Part shown: piece by piece, positions 39,811 through 52,958 of the stretch
Layout: each line of letters begins with the position of its first letter
Numbering within the stretch: the first letter of the stretch is position 1
From: Octopus bimaculoides
Taxonomy: Eukaryota
NCBI RefSeq assembly: GCF_001194135.2
Contig: NC_068997.1
Span: 57,053,372 to 57,117,371 of the forward strand
Direction: 5' to 3'
Length of the DNA stretch: 64,000 nucleotides
Program-made: the position numbers and the translations under genes
Notes under the pieces: generated by a model
Database searches by the model: none
Seen by the model: only the letters and a program-made list of their open reading frames with translations
Told to the model about the DNA's origin: nothing

Positions 39811-39843
39811 ATAATAGTAGTAGTAGTAATAATAATAATAATA

Positions 39844-39881
<38 letters not shown>

Positions 39882-40482
39882 GAAAAATTCTTGAGATTGT
39901 GAAAACTTATCAGACTTCCAGATAAAATTCTGGCCAACTAAATTATGTATGAGCTTAATGATGATGATGATGATGATGATGAGGATGATAAACATCAGCT
40001 TCTTGACGCATTTCTTAAAATGAAGGGTAATAAGTAAAAACAAATCAAATCAATTGACTCTTTCCAGTGTCGTATTTGCCATTCTTTTCAACACGATCAT
40101 TTCCTCCTCAACACATAAAAAGTATTTGAAGAAAAAAAACCACTTCATTAAGAAAAAGAGAAAAAAATGGTTTGAAATGAAATTCCATTTATTCTACTAA
40201 TTCACACTCATCTTCTTAATGTCTTTCAGAACTGTGAGATTATTTATGCAAACACGCACATATAAGTACTAGGGTTGTGTGTGTGTGTGTGTGGGCTTCA
40301 TACTCTCTGTCACTGTTTTGTATATATATAAATATATATAAATATATATATATATATATACATACATACACACACACACACACACACTCTCACTGTCTAC
40401 CTTCTGTTTTCTCTCTTTCTCTCAGTCCCTCTCTCTCTCTATCTCTTTCTCTCAGTCCCTCTCTTTCTTTCTCTTTCTCTCC

Positions 40483-40530
<48 letters not shown>

Positions 40531-41552
40531 ACCAAAAGGAGAAAGTAGACAGGGAGAGAGAGAGAGAGAGATTATCATAGTAACATACTGCAGTGAGTGA
40601 AAGGGACAGCAGAAAAGGCAGCTATGTTCCATACAAGAATCGCTTCAAGTATTTTGAATTAACATTTTTTTTAGTTCCCAAAGAAAAACTCATTGAAAAG
40701 GAAAGTATTTCCAGGGCTGTTTTGACAGTTCTTTAATGGCAGAAATCAAATATGTAATACCTACTGATTTGTCAACGATCAATGAAGCTTACATACCAAC
40801 AACTGAAATTTCATCTCAAACCGATTTCTCTTAAAAGGTGTTTTTTTCATACATTATTTTTCATTTATCTTTCAGTTTCTTGTTTGCAAACTGAAATGCA
40901 TAAATCTCAGAGATTTTCCGTTCAAATCCTAAATACGTGAAAGCAAAATATTTTTTACTATTTTAGTTTTATATCAAAATTCAGAAAATTAGGAATTTTT
41001 AAATACAAATATGAATTCACACATGCCCGCGTGCGTATATATCTGCACACATATATACACTACATGTACACAGATAAACTATGTGTTTGTGTGAGTGAGT
41101 GAGTGTGTGTGTACGTTTGAAAATTTTATATTTAACATAGTAGTTATTTATATATTCCAAAGAATGCTTTAGCATTAATTTATTGGTTAAACATTCTCAG
41201 GGTTTTTTTTCTATTTGATAGAAAATGATTTTTGCTCCAAATGCTGTGTAAGATTTCAGTTTTATTTCTTGAATGATTCTGATCGGAAAACGTAGCCTTT
41301 TTTATGAAAACAGATCTTATAAGCCTGTAAATGAAAATGGTATTCCATATTTGTTAATTACGTTAATTAATTTCACCTAATATACTTGTTTCATTAATCC
41401 CCGTTCTTATTAAACTGATACGTTTCCACCTTGATATCACTAAGTACTCCTGTTTTATAACCTATGTTATCATCCTTCTCAATGTATAATTAATGTATAT
41501 TAGGCGAAAATTCTAATGGAAAGTGCATTAGTTCAATCACACCTTACGAACG

Positions 41553-41602
<50 letters not shown>

Positions 41603-42607
41603 ATCCTTATGATAAAGATTCCTTGTTTAAAACGTCACAAACACTGGTGTTCAGAGTCTCCAAATTTCTTAATTCCATTTTCAGCAATACAGAATACTGT
41701 CCTGAAGTTTATATTTCATTCCTTTGAATATTCTTTACAAAATTGCTGAAACTCCTTGTATCTGTTATATATGTCTGTGATATATAACTGTACGTTATAC
41801 AGTTATAGGTACCATGTTTTAAATTAACCTTAATGTTTGTTTAATAATCTTCGATTTTAAATGTAGAGCATTAAACTTAAAAGTGCCTTTGACCTCGACT
41901 TTCATTAATGAATGCAGTGTTCTTTGGTAAGTAGTCATTATTCCTCATGTAGAATTTCGATTCTTTTTTCCGTTTTAGTCTGAATTAAATCATTTGGGAT
42001 TTTTTCATAACTTTTATTTGGTAATATTCCTTGTTTTGCTTCTCACTTATTCTTGATTTGTTTCCATTTGAAATAAAATATTTTCTAGGACGATTGTTCC
42101 AAACTAAAATCTTCCTTTATTTTTAGTCGCTTTATATTATTCGTAAACATATGTAAATGGTAAAATTATTTGGAGATGCATGATTTCGAGGCCATTTTGT
42201 CTTTATTGTGTAATGTTTTGATGAATAAATCATGCAAATGAATGCCAAACTAGGTACATTTTGTTTTACTGTAAATTCTTTATTCTAACCCCTCTACTAG
42301 AAAAACAGCAGAATTAGTTTTGTTATATTTTATTCTTGACTTGTAATTATACATTAATGGGTTTTTTCTAGAATTTCTTGAAATTTTCTTTTTGTCAAAT
42401 ATATTTCAATCCAACACTGTGTTTTCTGTAAAACTTGTTACCTTTTTTCTACCTCAACTCTGAATCAATAAATTTCGTTATGTGTTTTTTGTTCTTCCAT
42501 ATTTCTCAAAATAAATACGGAGATAACATTGGCCATAATTTTGTGTAAATATTGTTATTTAAACGTAGATGGATTATACTTATCTAATAGAATATATATA
42601 TATATAC

Positions 42608-42650
<43 letters not shown>

Positions 42651-42859
42651 GCTGGTGGCCACAGCGAAGATCTTGCCAAGGACACATTGGGAACACCAGG
42701 TCCCAGTGCTGTCTTGGGGCTGTGGTGGAGGCTGAGGCAAACTGTTATGCCCTAACGATGATCTCGTTCTTCGTTTTTGATATTTTAAACTTTTTGACGG
42801 GATATTGCGTTTTCATTTCTTTTCGTATAAACTCTCAAATTTAACTTGAATATGACGTC

Positions 42860-43264
42860 ACTTTAGTAACGTCTATAATTTTGCCTTTAAGTTGTTAAAT
42901 TGCTAATAAGCCACCCATATTATTAATAGGTTTCAAGTTCACTGTTTTTGAAATCAGCACATGTTTTCAACGGTTTTTCTAATAAGTTGAGGTGAATAAA
43001 GGTTAATCCGAAGCACAGTCAGATCTGCTGACAAGAATTACGAAGCACTGCATGAAAATTCGAAATCATGTGATGTGGCTTTATCTGCGACCGTAGGAAA
43101 CTTTGTCTTCCTCGTCAGTTTATTAACATAGTGCTCTTGTGGCTAATGTGTTATTTTGACACTTATTTCTAGCAATGCCTGTACCACTTTGTACCCTGTA
43201 TAAACTTTAGTGACGTCCATAAATTTGCCTTCAGATTGTTAACATGCTAAGCCACCCATATTAT
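42860..43264 (+). repeat. Imperfect about 62-bp direct repeat pair (42860-42923 and 43204-43264)
   Basis: ACTTTAGTAACGTCTATAATTTTGCCTT..AAGCCACCCATATTAT versus ACTTTAGTGACGTCCATAAATTTGCCTT..AAGCCACCCATATTAT. Confidence 0.8.
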
Positions 43265-43277
43265 ATANNNNNNNNNN

Positions 43278-43325
<48 letters not shown>

Positions 43326-45826
43326 TATGAAAAGTGAACAGAAGGCTACTTTCGGTGTAGTTTGATATGTCCTTTCGCTTTCACAGTAATTCTATTGTGT
43401 AAGCCATTGTAGTTAATAGTCTTCTTCCTACCCCAGTACTTTTACAGTAACATATATGCAACGATATTCTATCTACCTCCATAACGTTTTAACCATCTGG
43501 CTTATTTTTCAAAATTCCTGTATTGATTGAGACATTCATTTTTGAAATGGGTTATATCTTGTAGATAGGACGAATAAGTAAGCGCAATTATTTAGTATCA
43601 CTTGGTAGATAAAAAAAAAGTTCAGTTTAATAAATTGAAATGTCGTACGTAAACTCCAGCCAAAATGTCCGCCTAAAGATCAAAATCATAGAAAACTTCA
43701 CATAAAATACAATACTTATCATAACCAGACACAAACTTAATACATGAATAACATTAGATAGTTAGATAAGTTGAAACTTTTGAGAGAGGCGTCTTTGGTG
43801 AAAGATCACCGAAACCATTTCTAGAATAAATAACCATTCACTAGAAACCATTAGTAAGTATATTTTTAATTTACCATAAACATACCATAAAGCTGATATA
43901 AAGTTATAAAAGAAGTTATAAATTTATTATATTAACTAATATATTTATATATGATACATACATACATACATATTTATGCATGTATTTATGAATGAATGAA
44001 TGTATGTGTGTGTATATACATACATATATATATATATAAATGTGTTATTTTATACATATATAAATACGTGTTTTTTTGTTTAGATTTAAAATACAAGTAT
44101 ACATCTATATGTTAATTCCCCTCTATTATTGTATATGCACAGACACACGCGTCTATTATTTGTGTAGTTGCGTTCATTTATAAATGTATATATGTATGTG
44201 TACCTGTCAAAATATGTTTGAGCGTATATATTCATTTATATACGTACATATGTATACAAGTGCGTGTTTGTCTATCATTCTAATTATGCATATGTATATG
44301 AATACGCACACATACACACACACAAACACGCATAAAGTTTACGTACATATAAAGAACTGTACCAAAACACTAACAGAATTTCTTCAAGTTAATTTTTAAC
44401 ATTTCCTTTTCAAAAGCTTCAGCCAAATGAAATTTTTATTTATTTACATACATTTGTGTGTGTGTGTGTGTGTGTGTGTACACGTATACGTGTATATGTA
44501 CGTATAAGTATAAATAGTTATTCCAGTTCTGTTTTTCCTTGTTGTTGTTGTTAACATTGTTGTAGTTGTTTATGTTAGATTTATATTTATACTTTTCATT
44601 TTTTGACAGTATCCTTGCATCATTTCCTACATCAGAATGCAAATCAGCATCTACTTGCAATAAAAGACATATTTAAACTATAAAATAATCTCCAGGGAAT
44701 TACTAAGAGATTTAATGGCACATTTATCTGTCAAAAGCTATTGTTATCTACAATACTACAACACACTTAGAAATTTGAAATTCACTTGAGGCAAATTTAA
44801 TCTCTTTTGTTCTCTTTTCGCTTTGTCATATGCACAATAATTTGTATTTTCTATATTTTTTTATCCATTATTCATATTAAAACACTCGTCGATAATCTTT
44901 CATCACTAATAGTGTCAAACCCTGTTGCCATGGATATATATAGAATTTTGTTTGTTATCTATATCTCCCTCTCTTTCTTGGTCCGGTAGTCTCCCTCCAC
45001 TTTTCTCTCTCTCTCCCTCTTAAACGTCTTTCGCTACTCTATCTGCTTATCAGACGCACTTTATCTTCTTCCCTTACGTGTCTTGTATCGCTTTCGTTTT
45101 CTTTATCAAAAAATCAAATGTTCTGTCAAATCGATACACACGGACACGCACTCAGCAACGATTGTGTTAGTGTACAAAACCCTCACACATATATCAATGT
45201 ATGCATGTACATATATATAAGTGTGTGTTTGTGAGTGAGAATGTGTGGGGGTCTGTACGTATATATATGTGTATGTATATCTGTATACATTCAAGCAAAC
45301 CCACAAAAATGTATGTAGCTGTACTTTATATATATATATATATATATNNNNNNNNNNNNNNNNNNNNNNNNNNNNNNNNNNNNNNNNNNNNNNNNNNNNN
45401 NNNNNNNNNNNNNNNNNNNNNNNNNNNNNNNNNNNNNNNNNNNNNNNNNNNNNNNNNNNNNNNNNNNNNNNNNNNNNNNNNNNNNNNNNNNNNNNNNNNN
45501 NNNNNNNNNNNNNNNNNNNNNNNNNNNNNNNNNNNNNNNNNNNNNNNNNNNNNNNNNNNNNNNNNNNNNNNNNNNNNNNNNNNNNNNNNNNNNNNNNNNN
45601 NNNNNNNNNNNNNNNNNNNNNNNNNNNNNNNNNNNNNNNNNNNNNNNNNNNNNNNNNNNNNNNNNNNNNNNNNNNNNNNNNNNNNNNNNNNNNNNNNNNN
45701 NNNNNNNNNNNNNNNNNNNNNNNNNNNNNNNNNNNNNNNNNNNNNNNNNNNNNNNNNNNNNNNNNNNNNNNNNNNNNNNNNNNNNNNNNNNNNNNNNNNN
45801 NNNNNNNNNNNNNNNNNNNNNNNNNN

Positions 45827-45860
<34 letters not shown>

Positions 45861-46339
45861 TTACAGGATGCATTATCTTCCTTTCGTCAAATCTCCAACA
45901 TTTTTTACACGCTGAGTTAATCAAATTATTTGTTTTGTCAACAAATGTTGTTAAAGAAAGTCTCCGATTCTAGTATCCGTTGGAAATTGCTGTTGTTAAT
46001 GAAATGTTTGCTGACAAACAGACCCCAACATGTGTAAGCGGAATATAAGAAAGTCGAGCAGAAAATATCCGAGGTGTATTCTAGCTCACGGTGAATGGAA
46101 TATTTTTTCCCCTTTACATGGTACTTCAGATACGTAATGAAATAATTTAAAATACAAATTTTAGGCGATAACTATGAATTTCAGAAAGTCATTAGTGCAG
46201 TAGATGACCATAAAAAATACTGATGTAGATCTAATGCAGTCTGTGACTAGTGGGAGGATGGTATGTTCTGAAACCACAATTGGACCGACCAATGAGTATA
46301 AATTTAGAAGACGGAAACTGTGCGCAAACCTGTTGTCTA

Positions 46340-46495
46340 TAGGTATATACCCGTGTTTGCGTACGTCTGTGTTGTATTTGTCTTTTACTATCGTTTGACA
46401 CTCGCTAAGTAAGCAGTTCGGCAAAAAAACCGATAGCATAAGTACAACACATTAAAAAATAAGTCCTGGCATAGATTTGTTCGACTAAACCTCCA
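46340..46495 (+). mobile_element. Probable 3' part of SINE family D
   Basis: GCAGTTCGGCAAAAAAACCGATAGCATAAGTAC..AATAAGTCCTGGCATAGATTTGTTCGACTAAA resembles, from memory, the 3' part of an octopus SINE. Not confirmable inside the window. Confidence 0.45.
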
Positions 46496-46989
46496 CTGTC
46501 TGAAATAAATAAAGGATAATAGATATATGTTTTTGAAGCATTTCATATGATTACAATATTTTTGCCTCTAGTCATTGCTCTGGCAACCGCGCATTTTTTT
46601 CGTCTCTAACACATGCCTTCCATACCTCGTCCTATATTTTATCAACCCATCAGTTCTATATTGTCATCTCTAATTTCATTTATATTTCGTTTTCTAAGTT
46701 GTCAACTCGATATGTCATGAATATCTTTGCACGCCAACCGTAATTTCCTTCTACTGATATTCGTCTTTTTTCTCACCAAGGGGTTTGTGTCATGTCTAGT
46801 ATTTGTTCCCTTCTTCAAACATTGTGAAATATTCCAGTAAATTATAATTAATGTCATCCATTTGTCATTTGCTTCATCTAGTTTGTTCACACGCCTAGAA
46901 AATGGTTTCACCGCCATCGACGTCTTAAACGTTTCTATTAATAATAATAATAATAATAATGAGGATGCAAGGAAGAAGACTTATTTTTG

Positions 46990-47265
46990 TTATTATTATT
47001 ATTATCATTATTATTATTATCATTATTATTATTATAGACGTCGTACAGTATACGATATAGTGAGGTTGTTGATTGAATAAGTTGTCTCTACTTGGGGCTT
47101 GTACTGTTTGTCAAGCCACAACAAGGATCTCAGATAGACGCCACTTTACGCAATATACGTGCAATTCCAAGTAATGCCGACTTTAGCAACACATCTAGAT
47201 TGTGGGTGTATGTCCTTTCACTGGCTTTGTCTGGAGCAACTTCTGTATTTAATCTGATAATTCCC
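46990..47265 (-). mobile_element. R4/Dong-like non-LTR retrotransposon 3' end with (TAA)n tail
   Basis: Minus frame ends NLDVLLKSALLGIARILRKVASI* (stop 47130-47132), matching the R4/Dong C-terminal QKxALLGTARILRKVL pattern. About 95 nt of 3' UTR follows, then (TAA)n at 46990-47035. Confidence 0.75.
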
Positions 47266-48735
47266 GCCTTAAACACATAAATACACATACACCAACATAT
47301 CCTCGCCTCATTTGTATGTTAACGCTAATAAATCTGAATTTGCTAAACATTAGCTTTTGATACCTCATGCTGAAGAACAAGTGTTTAGAGAGACATGCAA
47401 GTGTCTATGTGTAGAAGACGAGTATACCTGTAAAATGGAGTAGAAAGGTCTGAGCATCCAAGCTTCACGTGTATTTTAACATTCAATGTCTTTCATTTTA
47501 CATATGAACAGGTGGACGGTGTGAAACCTGTATTGATCCGAAATCCTGCTGTTTTGTGTTCTTAAAGTCTATTTAGAAGAAAGTTTGGACAATTCAAGAC
47601 TAACATCTTCACAGATATACTGTACGTTTTTCTTTATTTACCGTTAAACGTTTATATAGTTTGATCTGTAGTGTCTCTATATTTTGGTCGAATTTGTTAG
47701 CGTTTTGCGCTTGAAGACTTGTGAAAGTTTTAAGGATGAAGAAGTTACTTTCCTACAGAGGGAGTAGGGGGACGATTCCTTACGATACTCCTCTGTGACC
47801 CCATATTTAATTGTTTTAAACATAATTCATTTGAAATAAAATCTCCGTTGGATCTGTCAACTTCAAAAGGGTAGGCTTGACCTGACAGTCATATGTTCAT
47901 GCTACCTGTCTCTCCCTCTTCCTCTCTCTCTCTCTCTCTCTCTCTCTCGCAATCTGTGTATCCATCTCTTCTCACACACACATGTATGCATGTATGTTTG
48001 TTTGTACATACCTACATACAAATACATACATACATACATAATATGTATATCATCTGTTTATCGCAATGATAATTTTATACACTGGCAGATATTTTTGTCT
48101 AACAGTTTGTTCAACTTTTTTTTTTTTACCCAAATATATTCATAGAAGACATATTGTCCGAAATGGGGATTATTATGTTTTTCCTGTCTAAGAAAAAAAA
48201 AAAGATTTCATATTTATCAATAATTTTCAGAGTAATACTATATTTAAATAAACATTTCGCATTCAAAATATTGGTTAGAAATATTATTTTGGAAACTAAA
48301 AACCGTGAAAAATGTCTATACACACGAAATGTCAAGTGCTCAACTGGATTCCAATATGTAAAGCTCATAGGAAATTATTAAAACATATTTAAATTTAGCG
48401 TAACATTTTTCAGTTCTCTGTGGAAAGAGAAATGATTTGTTAGCAAATATGAAAGGCTTCCATCCAATCCTGTTGGCTTCGTCATTTACGGCTGACGGCA
48501 GTGTTGCTGCCGTTGCTTGCATTGATATCTTTGCGGATATTTGCGACCTTCAATTTAAATTTACTTTCTTTCATAATATTAATATGAATGACTCGCAAGA
48601 TATTGCCAGATTTCGAGGAATGTATTCCTGTGGAGGGCATTTTTGCCTTCCCTGCTACTTCCAGTGATGAATTTTCTTGTGAAACTTGCTGATATAACCC
48701 GGACAATTGTTGCTGAAGTTGTTGTTGATGCTGTT

Positions 48736-48945
48736 TGGTAGTATCATTAGCATGCCGGGTGAAATGCTTAGCGGTATTTCTTCTGTCTTTCCGTTCTAAC
48801 TTCAAATTCCGCCGAGGTCCATTTTGCTTTTCATCATTTCGGGGTCGATAAATTTAGTGCCAGTGTCGATGTAATCAACTCATCCGCACTACTCAAATTT
48901 CAGACCTTGTGTCTAAAGTAGAAAGGATTATTATTATTATTATTA
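48736..48945 (+). mobile_element. SINE family A copy with (ATT)n tail
   Basis: TTAGCATGCCGGGTGAAATGCTTAGCGGTATTTC..TTCAAATTCCGCCGAGG..TTCGGGGTCGATAAA..GTAGAAAGGATTATTATT. Confidence 0.88.
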
Positions 48946-50110
48946 TTATTATCATTAATGTTGTTGTTGTCCCTGTTGCTGTTTTAATATTGTTTTTATC
49001 TCAGAAATCATTCACTGTTATACTGGTAGCAAGTTATTTGCAACAACAACGACAACAAAAAGAAGGTAACGACACGGGTGTCGTTTCAATAGGTTAGTGC
49101 CAAACGGTTGTATTCCAAGATTTCAAACTGCAATAATTTGAAATGAAGGAAGTCGTACATCTGATCAACTGGCACCATCACATCTTCTTTTCACAAAACT
49201 TTTATTGGCAAACATATTCTCTAATTGACTTCCTGCAAAAATTCTTGTAGAACATTCTAACTCAATGTATACTGACAAAGAAAACAGATATGGGGAAGAT
49301 GGCGAAAACGAAGTAAATGAAGAAGGTGGAGAAGAAAGTGGAGAACATGAAGCCCCATCCTTACTTAATAAAATTAGGTTTGAACGGTTTCGAAATATTA
49401 GAACATGATTTTCTATTCGAAGAGGAAGTGGTCTGCTCAATAAATCTTGATACTCAATTCTAGAAATAGGGGGAGTGGCTTCTCACACACGCAGAGCACA
49501 CAGAAATATATGCACAAATATATAGAATCTCATCTATGTCTTGGTGTGAGATATAGTGTATCTATCCACCTATCTATCTATCTATATCTATCTATCTATC
49601 TATTTATCAAACTGCTCAATCTCACTGTGTGCGTGTGTGAGTGTGTATATGTTCANNNNNNNNNNATATATATATATAAACGTATATATATATATGTGTG
49701 TGTGTTCTATTGTGTTGCCTTGCATCCTTTTTACTTGCATTGGTTTGCATGATAATGCTTTTCTGTATTTTATTTGGGTGTCATCGTTTTTTAGTAAATC
49801 AACATTGTATTTTCATTGAACCTTACATTCTTCTTTTAAAGACCTTAACTTCAGTTGAACCATTGTTAGAAACATGATGCTCTCGGGATCTGATGAGATA
49901 GCTTTCTGCACTGATTTTCACATATACAAACTCATTGCAGAATGCATATCAATGCAAACGTGTAAACATAATTTTGTTCCTTATTGAAACCATTGCTACA
50001 TAAAAATGGCGAGGAAATGGTTGTGACTCTAAGGATATTAAGTGGTTAAATCAATATATTCAGCCGTCATGTCCCTTCACCTTTCATAATTTATATATAT
50101 ATATAACATG

Positions 50111-50147
<37 letters not shown>

Positions 50148-50171
50148 CGTACTTATACGTACAGTTATAGG

Positions 50172-50203
<32 letters not shown>

Positions 50204-50236
50204 ACATGTTCAAATATATATATACAGAGATGTAGG

Positions 50237-50267
<31 letters not shown>

Positions 50268-51159
50268 GTAAGCAAATATATATGTATATGCAAGCACAAC
50301 CTTATGAGCGAGTGTATAAGTATTCGTCATAACGTAGCAACCGAATCTCAACGTTTCCCTTGCAATTACAAGGAGCAGTGTTAATGCAACACACTGCATA
50401 ATGCAAATTAAAAGTTACAGAGGAAGATTTTATTTAACATCACATTTATTCTCTACAGAAATCTTCAAGTGAAGGAGTCAATTATATTAGATACCTAAAC
50501 GATACAAAAACTACACAACAATAATCGCATGTAGGTGTCACGGGCTCAGATTAATACTTGAACTGTTGACATACACATCTAACACTCAAAAAAGATATGA
50601 GTGTGAAGCTCTAGAAACAGGGTTGATGACTTTCGAAAATTTACTTTACCAAACAAACTTCTAAGAACACTTGCGAAAATATAATTATATTATTGCGTCA
50701 AAAAATATATATATAGAAAATTCAGAGAACACTTAAGTTTTAAAATTCTTATGCTGTGTATGTATATGCATAACGTGTGTGTGTGTTTGAATGTATTTAT
50801 GTATGCTTGCATCTATGTATATATGATTGTATATATACGTGTGTGTGCATGTGTGTGTGTTTTTGCTAGGGTTTTACTACTTATAATCTTGATTTGAAAT
50901 AAACTTTATAAATAGCGGTATTTTTAATGATAGGCTGGGAAATAAAGGTTAGTGTCAAACTTATAACATTTCTCATGACTGAGATTTCAGGTCTTCTTCA
51001 TCGTGTTGTATTATATCACATTGCTCTACACGCATTCATTCACAAAAAAGACACCGACATACCACACGCACACACACAAACTTACAGAGACACGCACGTA
51101 CACATATATCCATATATATATGTGTGTGTTTGTGTGTGTGTGCTTATATATATAGATGT

Positions 51160-51194
<35 letters not shown>

Positions 51195-51416
51195 CACACC
51201 TATATTTTACATACATTGCTATATATAAAATATATAGAATTGTACTGAAACACATATACTTTTCACACACATATATATTGATATATTCTAATATCCTTAC
51301 ACGTGTACATACAAATATTTATACACACACACAAACACACACATATATATATATAGAGAGAGATAGGTAGATAGATATATATATATATACGTACATATAT
51401 ACATGTATATATATTC

Positions 51417-51457
<41 letters not shown>

Positions 51458-51931
51458 CATGTATACGTATATATATGTAAAAATGTATATATCCATAAAA
51501 ATATATATATATACAGTCACACGCACACACGTATGGAATGATACTTACCTATGCACGTATATACACACATACGTCTTTCTTTCTTCATACATCCTCTATA
51601 CTATCTTACTCCTGGTCCATTTTATCTTTCCTTTATTTTCCTTCTATACTTCTTGTGATGTAGAAAGAAGTTGTGTACGAAGCGTTAACGGTCTCTTCAT
51701 TCCATACAAATGTTAACCTGCACCAAAATTTATTAAGACTCATTGAATTCTCCCTTTTTGTTTTGTCCATTGCGTACATATCCACATGAAACAATCCTTC
51801 ATAGAGAACGCATGTATTTATCTCAAGTGTGTTTATATGGTTTCAAGGAGGCTGCAATTTGGGTAATGAGTGAGAAAATAATCAATGCTGCAAAGAGGTG
51901 GTGAAATGCTAATACTATCTTTCGCTTCCAG

Positions 51932-52088
51932 AGAAGATATCGAGGCTTGAAACGCCTCACATTGCTGATAATATATACAATCCTAATGTTTTATGAAGGA
52001 AAACTAAAGAATGAGAAAGAGTTCGGTAGTGTATTGTTTGAGTGGGAAGACAAGTCTAAGCTTTACTATTGTTCATCATTGTTGGTTG
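51932..52088 (+). other. Candidate 157-nt exon of an unidentified gene or lncRNA
   Basis: CTAAT branch-like site, pyrimidine tract and CAG acceptor (51929-51931), plus a TTG|GTGAGT donor (52089). One frame is open throughout (RRYRGLKRLTLLIIYTILMFYEGKLKNEKEFGSVLFEWEDKSKLYYCSSLLV) and closed by stops just outside both splice sites. Peptide not recognised. Confidence 0.3.
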
Positions 52089-52877
52089 GTGAGTAATTAT
52101 TATTTATTTAATGTACTGAATGACTGCAAAGATCAAACTGTTATCAAAGTCTGTAACGATTCATTGTTGCAGGTGTTCATCGTGTCGGCGAGAAATTACG
52201 GAAAGGTTTATGTATGAATGTATGTACATATGTCTATATGTCTATATACATGTATACGTCCACCCACAAACACAGACATACACACAGAGGCACAGACACA
52301 CACATATAAATATAAATACATACATGCACACACACACTCATACACATACATACATAGATAAATATGTGTGTGTGTGCGTGCGTGTATTTCGGCAGATGTA
52401 CTTGTCCATATGCCTTAATGGCATCTTAACTAAGAGGAGTTCTTAATTCTTGTGTAGAACTAATCGTGATTGTCACCGGGCGTTCTCTGGAAGCGACCGT
52501 CATTTCAAGAATTTATCGTGTGTGTCATTTGATATAAGCCTTTACCTGATTGTTTTTTTTAATTCAGTAACAACGCTGGGTTGTCTGAGTTCATTGCTTT
52601 GATTGTATATGCTTGTGCGTATGTAAGTATGTATGTGTCTATCTACCTATCTATCTCTGTATATAAACACACACATATGTACATGTACATATATATACAC
52701 ACATATATTTGGACATATACATATGAGCATATATTTTTATGTAAATAAATAGTTCTAACTATATCAGTGCATATATGTATCCATATAAACTTGTGTGTTT
52801 ATGTGTGCGTGCTCGCGTATGAGTGTCTATATACAAAGTAAAATCTAAGAAAGAAACAGAATAAGCGGGAAACGTTG

Positions 52878-52878
<1 letters not shown>

Positions 52879-52956
<78 letters not shown>
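52879..52956. repeat. (TA)n(TG)n compound microsatellite
   Basis: Directly visible. Confidence 0.95.

Positions 52957-52958
<2 letters not shown>

Noticed and set aside
46990-47265. Idea that the Dong-like LINE mobilises SINE family A
   Set aside because: The LINE tail is (TAA)n on its sense strand whereas SINE A tails are (ATT)n, the opposite polarity, and the 3' ends share only 6-8-nt matches.
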